A stretch of 64,000 nucleotides of DNA from Solirubrobacterales bacterium (GTDB lineage: Bacteria > Actinomycetota > Thermoleophilia > Solirubrobacterales > 70-9). How positions within the stretch are numbered: the first letter of the stretch is position 1; every line of letters starts with the position of its first letter. The position numbers were made by a program, and so were the translations under genes. The notes beneath the pieces are model-generated. The model was given only the letters and a program-made list of their open reading frames with translations, did not search any database and was not told the origin of the DNA. Where the stretch lies: positions 13,746-77,745 of the forward strand of contig DATBHH010000080.1 in NCBI GenBank assembly GCA_036557525.1, written 5' to 3'. Of this stretch, positions 53,027 through 61,099 are shown piece after piece.

Positions 53027-54003
53027 CGGACTCCCCGGGCCCGCTGGAGTTGCTCGAGCCGATCACCGCCTATCAGCGCTCGGCGCTGATAGCAGCTGCG
53101 GTCGAGACCGGGATCGCCGACGCCCTCGCGCCCGCGCCCCGGCAGGTCGACGCGGTCGCAAGGGCCTGCGGCACCGACCGCCGCGGCACCCAGGCCCTCC
53201 TCTCGGGGCTGTCCGCGATCGGGATCGCCGAGAGGGGGAGAGATGGGTTTCGGCTGACCGCCCTGGGAGCCCCACTCGCAACCGACCACCCTCAGAGCAT
53301 CGCTTCGATAGTCCGGAAGGAGTGGTTCTTCTACCGAGCCTGGGCCGAGCTGCCCGGCGCGGTGCGCGATGGCCACGCCCGCATCGCGCCGTGGCGCGAG
53401 CGCCTCGCGGAGGATCCGGAGACCTCGTTGGAGTTCCTGCGCGCCCTCGACGACCTCGCTCGGCTCGGCGGTGGGGAGCTGCCCTCCCTGGCGGGACCGT
53501 GCCAGGGCAGCTTGCTCGACGTCGGCGGTGGGGCCGGTTCGCACTCGGCGGCGCTGGTGGAGGCGAATCCGGGACTGGCCGCAACGGTCCTCGACCTCCC
53601 CGCGGTCGAGCCGCTCGTCGCCGAGCGCAACCCGGGGGTCGGGTTCGTCGGCGGCGACCTCGAATCGGAGCGGTTCGGGATGCCGGAGGGCGAGCGCTGG
53701 GACGCTGTTCTCCTCGCCAACATCCTCCACGACCACCCGCCCGAGCGCTGCGCCCGCTACGTGCGCGAGGCCGTGAGCCTGCTTGGGCCGGGTGGGAGCC
53801 TGATCGTCTACGAGTGGGTGATCGACCCCGATCGAGACGCTCCCCCCGCCGTTGCCCTCTTCACTCCGATGATGCTGGTCGAGAACGAGGGCGGCTTCAC
53901 CTGGACAGACGCGGAGATCGCCTCGTGGATTCGCGAAACGGGGCTCGTCCCGGAGCCGGTTCGGCGTGGGCAGGGACCGATCGCCGTGATCAGGGCGACC
54001 TGA
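53023..54003 (+). CDS. SAM-dependent O-methyltransferase (family 2, with N-terminal dimerisation/winged-helix domain)
   Basis: ATGA overlap upstream. SAM motif LLDVGGGAGSHS. LLANILHDH. Confidence 0.8.
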   Translation: MTDSPGPLELLEPITAYQRSALIAAAVETGIADALAPAPRQVDAVARACGTDRRGTQALLSGLSAIGIAERGRDGFRLTALGAPLATDHPQSIASIVRKEWFFYRAWAELPGAVRDGHARIAPWRERLAEDPETSLEFLRALDDLARLGGGELPSLAGPCQGSLLDVGGGAGSHSAALVEANPGLAATVLDLPAVEPLVAERNPGVGFVGGDLESERFGMPEGERWDAVLLANILHDHPPERCARYVREAVSLLGPGGSLIVYEWVIDPDRDAPPAVALFTPMMLVENEGGFTWTDAEIASWIRETGLVPEPVRRGQGPIAVIRAT

Positions 54004-54028
54004 CCTTCCGACCGCCTGGCGCCCGCGG

Positions 54029-54412
54029 TCAGCCGGCGGTTGAGGCCGAGGCCGAGCAGAGCCCGAAGATGATCAACGAGTCGATCAGGATCGCGGTGAG
54101 GCCGAAGATCGGCAGGACCGGAAGCGCGATGAACCAGAAGACGGCGCTGATGATCGCGAGGACGATCCCCACTTCGCGGCCGCTCGGGGAGCCGGTCAGC
54201 AGCAGGTAGGAGCCGTAGAGCACGATCGCGCCCCAGATCACGGCGACCCAGCCCCAGAACCCCAGCGAGGCGAAGAGCACGCCGTTGTCGGAGAGGTACG
54301 CCTTGTCCGCGATCGCGCCGATGCCCCAGATCACGTTCGCGCAACCGGCGATGACGAACATGATCCCGGCGAACGCGACCCAGCCCGAACCGCCACCAGT
54401 CCTCGACTCCAT
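54029..54412 (-). CDS. small integral membrane protein (four spans)
   Basis: ATG at 54412. WVAFAGIMFVIAGCANVIWGIGAI...FWGWVAVIWGAIVLYGSYLLL. The longer ORF to 54883 is Arg/Pro-rich and overlaps the next gene. Confidence 0.65.
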   Translation of the reverse strand: MESRTGGGSGWVAFAGIMFVIAGCANVIWGIGAIADKAYLSDNGVLFASLGFWGWVAVIWGAIVLYGSYLLLTGSPSGREVGIVLAIISAVFWFIALPVLPIFGLTAILIDSLIIFGLCSASASTAG

Positions 54413-54498
54413 CGCTGACCTCCTATCCAATCGGTGGGGATGTGCCGATCGGCACGGGTCCATCCTTTCGACCTCGCTGTCGGCTGTAAAGCCCGGCG

Positions 54499-55269
54499 TC
54501 AGCTCTCGGCCAATGACCCCAGTGTCTGGCCGAGCCACTCGAGCGATCGGTGGGCGAGCTGGCCTCCCCAGCTCACGCGCGCGACCCCGAGCTCGGCGAG
54601 CTGGGCGAGCGAGGGGCCGGGCGGGATCCGGACGGCGTTGATCGGCCCGCGGTGCCGGGAGATGAAGCTGCGCAGGGCCTCCCGTTCCCAGAGGAGGATC
54701 GGGTAGACGCAGTCGACGCCCGCGTCGGAATAGGCCGCGGCGCGACGCAGCGCCTCCTCGACCAGCTCCGACTGCGATTGCTCCGCCCCGGCCGATGCAG
54801 CCCGGACGAAGACGTCGATGCGGGCGTTGATCACCAGCTCGTACTCCCGCCGGGCGGCAGCCTCGCGAACCGCCGCCAGCCACTCGGCGTGCACGCCGGG
54901 TTCGCGCAGCTCACCCGTCCGGTGATCGGTGTCCTCGAGATTGCAGCCGGCGGCCCCGATCTCGTGCAGGGCGGCGACCAGGTCCTGCGGGTCCATCCCG
55001 TAGCCGGCCTCGGCGTCGACGGTCACCGGCACCGCGATCCCGCGCGCGATTCGGGCCGCGGCGGCGAGCATCTCATCGCCCGGGGCGCCCTCGTGGTCCT
55101 CGAAGCCGAGCGCCGCCGCGACGCCGGCGCTGGTCGTCGCGACGACCGGGAATCCGGCGGCCTCGACGGCCCGCGCGCTGGCGACGTCCCAGGCGTTCGG
55201 CAGCAGCAGCGGCCGGCCCGGGACGTGGAGCGAGCGGAGCGTGCGGCAGCGGGCGTCGAGGTCGCTCAC
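54499..55269 (-). CDS. isocitrate lyase/PEP mutase family protein
   Basis: LLLPNAWDVASARAVEAAGFPVVATTSAGVAAALGFED, DAEAGYG, CNLEDT. Confidence 0.8.
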   Translation of the reverse strand: MSDLDARCRTLRSLHVPGRPLLLPNAWDVASARAVEAAGFPVVATTSAGVAAALGFEDHEGAPGDEMLAAAARIARGIAVPVTVDAEAGYGMDPQDLVAALHEIGAAGCNLEDTDHRTGELREPGVHAEWLAAVREAAARREYELVINARIDVFVRAASAGAEQSQSELVEEALRRAAAYSDAGVDCVYPILLWEREALRSFISRHRGPINAVRIPPGPSLAQLAELGVARVSWGGQLAHRSLEWLGQTLGSLAES

Positions 55270-56894
55270 GGCTCTCCCCGCCCCGGGCGGCCGGCCTTCC
55301 GGATCAGCCGGATCCTCCGCGCCCGGGTCGCGGCGCTTCCGCCGGTCGGCGTGAAGGCGACCTCGATCGAGGTCTTCGCCGAGCGCTTCGACCGCAGAGC
55401 CCGGGCGAGGTTCCGCTTCGGGACGATCGAGAGCGAGAACGCGCCGGCGCGCCCGGCTTCGACCGCCGCCCGCTTCACCTTCCTGCCCGACAGGGCGAGC
55501 GACCCCGGCCCGGGGATCTCCACGTCGAGCTTCGCGGTGCCCCTGCGCTTGTTGCGCCTAAGCTTGCCGAAACTGAAGGAGTTCGCGGGTCCGATGGCGG
55601 GCGGCCCGGAGGTTGGGGGTGGTGGCGTGGGGAGCTCATAGGCGCCCCGGTCAATGACTGCGACGCCGTCGCCGTCGCCGTCGAGGACCCTGGGGTTGCC
55701 GTCGAGGTCGACGGTCGAGAGCGCTTCCCCTTCGGTGCCGCTGTCGACCGCGGGCGAGCCCGTTGAGAGGTGCCAATCGGCGGCGCCCGGCGCGAACACG
55801 CTCGACGGGGGCGCAAACAGGTTACCGGCGCCGGCGCCGCATTCGATCACGCCTTCGGGCCCATCGACCTCCCGGACGGGAACGATGCTCGAGCTGCAGA
55901 CGACCGACTGCGTCCCTCCGCCTTCGACTTCCTGCTTCTCCAACGCGATCGTGTTGACGAGCCGCAACCTGGCGGTGCTGGCGCCTTCTGCCTCAGCCGT
56001 TACCGCGGCGGCGAATTTGTCGACGACCTTCGGTTCGCCGGCGTCGATCGTGTCGTTTGAGAGCGTCAGCGAGTTCGATGCCCCGTAGCTCGCGTGCACC
56101 TCGGCGCCGATCTGGCCACCGGTGAGCAGCGAGGTGTCGATCAGGACCTCGGGTGAGAGGACGGTCACCAGATGGCTGCCTTCGGTGGCGAGCCGGGTCC
56201 TGACGACGCGCGTCCCTTCCCCCGCGATCTCGACGTCGAGGGCCTGGGCGACAGCGCTCCAGATGTCCGAGTCGGTGACGGTGGCCCTGGGCCCGAAGAT
56301 CGCCAGGGCACGGGATTCGGCGCTGCGGACCCGAGCATCGCGAACGAACGCGTCGGCTGCGGTCGGCGTCACTTCGATCCCTTCGGTGTTGATGCCGCCG
56401 GCGCTGCGGACGTCGACGTCGTCGACGCTCTCGGCAGCGCCCCCGATCGAGATCCCGCCACCGTTGGAGAACCCGGCCGGTACCTCCACCCGGAGGGCTT
56501 CGATCGAGACCGCCGAGGGGGTCGTGATTTCCACCTCGGCCCCTTTGTTCGTTTCCGGCGCCCGGAGCGTGGTCGCGTCGGGCGGGGTCGTTTCCTGGTC
56601 CGGCCCGCGCCCGGCCCCGTGCAGGGTCAGCCCCGAGTCTTCGGCCTTGTCGATCACCACGCGTTCCTCGTAGAGGCCGGGCGCGACCTCGATCCGGTCT
56701 CCCGTGCCCGGGGTCGCTCGCGACGCGGCGAGCGCCTCCGAGATCGTCGCGCAGGGCGCCGCCTCGGTGCATTCGGTCCCCGACCCCGACTGGTCGACGA
56801 AGAAGGATTCGGCCTGCGCCGTGGCCGGCGCCGCCATCGCCGCGCAGGCGAGGAGGATCGCTGGGAGCGCGCGGCCGCGGGTCGGCGGGGTCAT
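55266..56894 (-). CDS. exported right-handed beta-helix protein with a second type of basic C-terminal module
   Basis: Signal peptide ending ATAQA. SGSGTECTEAAPC...GDRIEVAPGLYEE opening. VDLDGNPRVLDGDGDGVAVIDRGAYE closing motif. Tail FSFGKLRRNKRRGTAKLDVEIPGPGSLALSGRKVK...VAFTPTGG. Confidence 0.7.
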   Translation of the reverse strand: MTPPTRGRALPAILLACAAMAAPATAQAESFFVDQSGSGTECTEAAPCATISEALAASRATPGTGDRIEVAPGLYEERVVIDKAEDSGLTLHGAGRGPDQETTPPDATTLRAPETNKGAEVEITTPSAVSIEALRVEVPAGFSNGGGISIGGAAESVDDVDVRSAGGINTEGIEVTPTAADAFVRDARVRSAESRALAIFGPRATVTDSDIWSAVAQALDVEIAGEGTRVVRTRLATEGSHLVTVLSPEVLIDTSLLTGGQIGAEVHASYGASNSLTLSNDTIDAGEPKVVDKFAAAVTAEAEGASTARLRLVNTIALEKQEVEGGGTQSVVCSSSIVPVREVDGPEGVIECGAGAGNLFAPPSSVFAPGAADWHLSTGSPAVDSGTEGEALSTVDLDGNPRVLDGDGDGVAVIDRGAYELPTPPPPTSGPPAIGPANSFSFGKLRRNKRRGTAKLDVEIPGPGSLALSGRKVKRAAVEAGRAGAFSLSIVPKRNLARALRSKRSAKTSIEVAFTPTGGSAATRARRIRLIRKAGRPGRGEP

Positions 56895-56925
56895 CGGCCG
56901 ATTATCCGCCCCCTCGAAACCGGTG

Positions 56926-57642
56926 CTATCCCCAGGACGGCTCGGAGTTGGGCCGGAAGCTGGTCGTCAGGATTCGCATCCCGCGTGGCCGGGTCACGGT
57001 GAAGCGCACGACCTCGGCGACCTCCTCCGCGCTCATCATCTCATCGAGGGCCGGATCGCCCTCTTCGCGGCCGATCCCGATCGCGAACCCGGTCTTGACT
57101 CCGCCGGGGCAGATGCAGGCCGCCCGCACGCCCTTCTCGCGCAGCTCGTGGTCGAGCGAACGTGTGAAGCCGAGCTGGCCGAACTTCGAGGCGTTGTAGA
57201 CCGACTCGCCGGGAAATGCGCGGAGGCCGGCGACGCTGGCGATCGAGACGAAGTCGCCCGCGCCGGAGTCGATCAGGTGGGGCAGGGCGGCGGCCGCGGT
57301 GTAGATGGTGCCCTTGAGGTTGACGTCGATCATCTCCTCGACCAGCTCGGGATCGAGCTCGAGGAACGGCCCGTAGGCGCCCATCCCGGCATTGGCGACG
57401 GCGATGTCGAGCCCGCCGAAGCGCTCGACGACGGCCTCGGTCGCCGCGATCACCGCGGGGCGGTCGCGGATGTCGCAGGCGAGCCCCAATGCCCGCTCGA
57501 GGCCGAGATCGTTCCCGCGCCGGGAGAGCAGGCCGATCGATGCGCCCGCGCCGTGCAGGCTGCGGGCGACTGCGGCGCCGATCCCGGCGCTGGCGCCGGT
57601 GACGAGCGCCACTTTGCCCTCGAGCTCGATCGGCTCCGACAT
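56926..57642 (-). CDS. short-chain dehydrogenase/reductase (SDR)
   Basis: ATG at 57642. GKVALVTGASAGIG, NAG, YNASK. The rest of ORF 56926..58701 is a shadow. Confidence 0.85.
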   Translation of the reverse strand: MSEPIELEGKVALVTGASAGIGAAVARSLHGAGASIGLLSRRGNDLGLERALGLACDIRDRPAVIAATEAVVERFGGLDIAVANAGMGAYGPFLELDPELVEEMIDVNLKGTIYTAAAALPHLIDSGAGDFVSIASVAGLRAFPGESVYNASKFGQLGFTRSLDHELREKGVRAACICPGGVKTGFAIGIGREEGDPALDEMMSAEEVAEVVRFTVTRPRGMRILTTSFRPNSEPSWG

Positions 57643-57656
57643 ACCCGGATTGTGCC

Positions 57657-58421
57657 TCAGGAGACGACGAGGACGACGACGATCGCGATCAGGCCGACGC
57701 TCTGGGTCGAGTGGACGAGGATCCCCATCCATGCGCTTTGGTAGCGGCGCGAGGGGTAGGAGATCGCGAAGACGTTGATCAGCGCGGTCGGGATCACCCA
57801 GGGAGTGTGCAGGTGGTAGCAGGCGAAGAGCACTCCGTTCGCGACCCAGTCGTAGCGTCCGAAGACCCCCCTCATCCGCGGCAGCAGCAGCCCGCGGAAC
57901 AGGAGCTCCTCGCCGAGCACCGTGTTGAAGACGGCGAAGACTACGACCACGGCGAGCCAGCCCCAGGCGCCTTGGAAGAAGGCTTCGCCGGCGCCGGTCC
58001 CGAGGAACTCGGCGAGGCCACGCGGAGAGGGGGCGGGTATGCCCGGCAGCACGAACCCGAGGCCGAAGATCGCCATGAACGGCAGCACCCAGAGCCACAC
58101 CCGTCCCCCGGTCCGCCCGCTCCTCGGATCCCGCGGCGGCCGCAGCCAGAGCCCGTCGCGAAGCCGGGGCCAGGAGAGCGTTCCCTGCTCGCGCCGGGTG
58201 AGGATCACGACCAGGGCGCACTCCCAGATCAGCCCCAGGGGAATGCAGATCAGCAGCGCCTGGACCAGCGGCTCCTCCCCGCCGAGGCGGTCGGCGAGCC
58301 AGGGGGCGACGAGCCAGGAGAGAACTCCCATCGGGATCGCGGCCGCGGCCCAGACCGCGAGGATCTGCACCAGGGAGTACTGCGGTATCCCGGCATGCCT
58401 GTCGGGTCGACCTGCGCTCAC
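57657..58421 (-). CDS. CPBP-family intramembrane glutamic endopeptidase (CAAX protease-like)
   Basis: Multi-span protein. Motif 1 GEELLFRG, plus the later FACYH motif. Confidence 0.8.
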   Translation of the reverse strand: MSAGRPDRHAGIPQYSLVQILAVWAAAAIPMGVLSWLVAPWLADRLGGEEPLVQALLICIPLGLIWECALVVILTRREQGTLSWPRLRDGLWLRPPRDPRSGRTGGRVWLWVLPFMAIFGLGFVLPGIPAPSPRGLAEFLGTGAGEAFFQGAWGWLAVVVVFAVFNTVLGEELLFRGLLLPRMRGVFGRYDWVANGVLFACYHLHTPWVIPTALINVFAISYPSRRYQSAWMGILVHSTQSVGLIAIVVVLVVS

Positions 58422-58462
58422 CTGACTTCTTCCTCGACGGCGACGAGGTCGAATACGTCGGC

Positions 58463-58963
58463 TTGCCCGCCGGCAGGTTTGTGCGTAGGGTCGAGGGGTC
58501 CCTCCCAGGAGGTCTGATGCGTTCGGGAATCAAGCTGGCGTTCGGTGGCAACGTGATCGACCATAACGTCGTGATGAACAACGACGGGGAAAACACCTGC
58601 ACCGACCCCGAGGACACGGTGTGCCAGGTGCCGCCGGGAACCGGAATCCTCCTGATGGCGGTCGACCAGAACCTGGTCAAGGCCAATCTGGTCACCGGCA
58701 ACGACTCCTACGGGATCGCGGTCGCCAATATCTGCCAGGCCCAGGAACTGCCGGAAGAAGTGTGCGCCGCGCTCGACATCGAGCCCAACCCCGACAACAA
58801 CCACGTCATCTTCAACGTCGCCCTCGGCAACGGCCTGAACCCGGCGCCGTCGCTGCCGCCGGTCTTTGCCAAGGACCTCGCCTGGGACGGGAGCGGGAGC
58901 GGCAACTGCTGGGCGCACAACGTCTTCGCGACCGTATTCCCGGACCCGCTGCCGAGCTGCTGA
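58463..58963 (+). pseudogene. 5'-truncated parallel beta-helix (NosD-like) gene fragment
   Basis: Encodes only C-terminal beta-helix turns (NVIDHNVVMNNDG, NLVKANLVTGNDSYGIAV, NHVIFNVALGNG, WDGSGSGNCWAHNVF). It has no signal peptide or N-terminal body and starts 41 bp from a divergent gene. Confidence 0.4.
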
Positions 58964-59391
58964 CCGCGCTCAGGCTAGAACTGAGTCGAGTTCTCCCCGC
59001 GTCTCCTGAGCGCGTCTGGGCCGCCTTCGTCGATCCTGCGATCCTCGCCAAGTGGTGGGGGCCGCAGGGATTCACTGTCTCGAGCCTCGAGTTCGACCCC
59101 CGCGCCGGCGAGAGCTACAGGATCGAGATGCAGCCCCCCGAGGGCGACCCCTTCTTCCTCGCGGGGGAATTCCGCGAGGTCGAGCCTCCGACGCGTCTCG
59201 TCTTCACGTTCGGCTACGAGGAGCCGGACCCCGACGACGTCGAGAACATCGCCACGCTGTTGTTCGTCGATCGCGGCGGGTCGACCGAGGTCGGCTTCAC
59301 CCAGTCCCCGTTCAAGACCGACGCCCGCCTTGCCCTCCATCGCGAGGGCTGGTCGGACAGCTTCGACAAGCTCCAGCGGTTGCTCGGCTAG
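58960..59391 (+). CDS. SRPBCC/AHSA1-domain protein (start codon unclear)
   Basis: LELSRVLPASPERVWAAFVDPAILAKWWGPQGF...EGWSDSFDKL is full-length for the family, but no in-frame ATG/GTG/TTG lies near the N-terminus. CTG 58960 and ATT 58936 are the only nearby options. Confidence 0.6.
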   Translation: MTALRLELSRVLPASPERVWAAFVDPAILAKWWGPQGFTVSSLEFDPRAGESYRIEMQPPEGDPFFLAGEFREVEPPTRLVFTFGYEEPDPDDVENIATLLFVDRGGSTEVGFTQSPFKTDARLALHREGWSDSFDKLQRLLG

Positions 59392-60959
59392 CGCCTGGAG
59401 CGTTTGCGTTTTTTCGGCCCGACGACCTTGAAGTTGACCGTCTCTGTTCGCGACACCTGGCCGGAGGCGTCGGTGATCACCAGGCTGGCGCGATAGCGCC
59501 CCGGCTTCAGCTTGCGGCCGGCGATCCGGCCGTTGAACTCGATCGTGTTGGCACCCGCGGTCACCGCCTGGCGGATCTCGCCGACCCTCCGGTAGGCGGT
59601 GCAGTTCTTTTTCTGCCTTTTTTTCGCCGCAACGCAGAGCCGTTTGCCTTTCCGTTTCTTCTTCGTCCCCCTGAAGCGCTGTTCGATCGTCAGCACCGCC
59701 TGGCCGGCCTTCGTCGATTGGAAGCTGAAGCGGGCGCTCTGTCCCGGCCGCAGCGTGCGGCTGTCGATCCCGAGGCCGCTGACGCTCGGCGGCGTCGTGT
59801 CGGGGGCGGACGCACTCGGTTCCTGCTGCGGGTCGAGCGGCACCACCCTGATCGCACCGGATATGCCCGGCGTCCAGGTCGCGAACCCGCGGCCGTCGGC
59901 GCCCGCCGCGACCTCCGGCTGGTAGAACCCTTCCGAGGCGGCCAGGGTGCCGGGGGTCGAGAAGTTGGAGCCCGAGGTGTCACTCACCGTGTAGCGCAGT
60001 CGCCCGCCTTCGTAGAGCGAGGTCCAGACGACGTGGACCCTGCCGGAGGGGTCCTGGTAGCTGTCGGGCGCGCCGATGCTGCTGTTCTCGATCTGGCTCG
60101 ATCCCTCGATGAAGGTCGAGCCCCCGAACGTGTTCGTCCCCGGGTCGAAATGGCGCAGGGCGATGTGGTCGTCGCCGGCGACGAAGTTGAGGTAGGTGAG
60201 GAAGACGCCGTTCGGACCGCTGTCGAGGGCCGTCTCGCTGTTGTCGGGCTCGGGGGAGGTCAGCGTCTTGTCGACTTCCCAGTTGCCGACGTTGTTGATC
60301 GAGGCGGCATTGAGCGTTCCGCCTTTGAAGACGCCGTACTTGACGACTTCGAGGTCGTTGGATGCGGCCACCAGCTTGGTGGTGCCCTGGAGGCGGACGA
60401 CCTCGGGCCCGTAGACGAACAGCCCGCCGGTCGCGAACTGGACGCCGAATTCGCCGTCGACGAGGGCCGCCTTCACGTTCGCGCCGCTGGCGCCGACGAA
60501 GATCCCGACGTCGTCGAGCCAGGCGCCGCTGCCGCTCGTTTCCGGCCCGGTCCCGATTTCCAGCGGGGCGCCGAAGCTGTCGCCGTTGTTGGTCGAGATC
60601 CAGCGATAGGTCCGATTCTGGGTCCCCGTTGGGCACTCCCAGCAGCCGGCGACGATCACGACCTTGCCGGGCGCCGGCGCGAACACCCGCGCTTTGCCGG
60701 CGCTCTGCGCTTCGGTCGAACCGGGGAAGTTGAGGATTTCGGTGTGGTTGCAGCTCGTGGCCTCGGCCGCGACCCGGCAGTAGCCGACTTGGGTGTTGGC
60801 CGCAACCGTCTCCCAGGCGATGTGGCCGCTCCCGTCCGAACCGACGGCGACGTCCGGATAGGCCCCCGAGCCGGCGGTGAACGGAGTTGCGGCCTGCGCG
60901 CCGGCGGGCAGGGCGAGGCAGGCGGTGGCGATCAGAAGGGAACGGACGAGCGGGCGCAT
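59388..60959 (-). CDS. exported protein (beta-rich N-domain) with Lys/Arg-rich C-terminal module
   Basis: Signal peptide MRPLVRSLLIATACLALPAGAQA. The C-terminal 136 aa align with the tails of 10933..12309 and 14618..16624 (KPGRYRASLVITDASG...FKVVG). Confidence 0.7.
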   Translation of the reverse strand: MRPLVRSLLIATACLALPAGAQAATPFTAGSGAYPDVAVGSDGSGHIAWETVAANTQVGYCRVAAEATSCNHTEILNFPGSTEAQSAGKARVFAPAPGKVVIVAGCWECPTGTQNRTYRWISTNNGDSFGAPLEIGTGPETSGSGAWLDDVGIFVGASGANVKAALVDGEFGVQFATGGLFVYGPEVVRLQGTTKLVAASNDLEVVKYGVFKGGTLNAASINNVGNWEVDKTLTSPEPDNSETALDSGPNGVFLTYLNFVAGDDHIALRHFDPGTNTFGGSTFIEGSSQIENSSIGAPDSYQDPSGRVHVVWTSLYEGGRLRYTVSDTSGSNFSTPGTLAASEGFYQPEVAAGADGRGFATWTPGISGAIRVVPLDPQQEPSASAPDTTPPSVSGLGIDSRTLRPGQSARFSFQSTKAGQAVLTIEQRFRGTKKKRKGKRLCVAAKKRQKKNCTAYRRVGEIRQAVTAGANTIEFNGRIAGRKLKPGRYRASLVITDASGQVSRTETVNFKVVGPKKRKRSRR

Positions 60960-61099
60960 GATCTCCTCTGCGTAATCGATGGCGGGGGCGCCAAAGATTC
61001 TCAGAGTGGGTTCCGGCCCGTCTCCCCGCCTGGACGGATTGCGACCAATTTCGGGGACTTCCCTCAGCCGGGTGCGGCGGGGCCTCGGCCCGGCGGCTC

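Noticed and set aside
54413-54883. N-terminal 157-aa extension of the small membrane protein ORF (54029..54883).
   Set aside because: The extension is Arg/Pro/Gly-rich, overlaps the well-supported PEP-mutase-family gene on the same strand in another frame, and precedes a good internal ATG at 54412.
56926-58701. 591-aa minus ORF suggesting a fusion of the SDR with upstream sequence.
   Set aside because: Only the C-terminal 238 aa (from MSEPIELEGKVALVTGASAGIG) look like a real protein. The upstream part is a shadow of the CPBP protease gene, which lies in a different frame.
61040-61099. Intrinsic terminator after 61100..62515 (GCCGGG...CCCGGC stem).
   Set aside because: A GC-rich stem is possible, but there is no U-tract on the transcribed strand, and such dyads are common by chance at this GC content.
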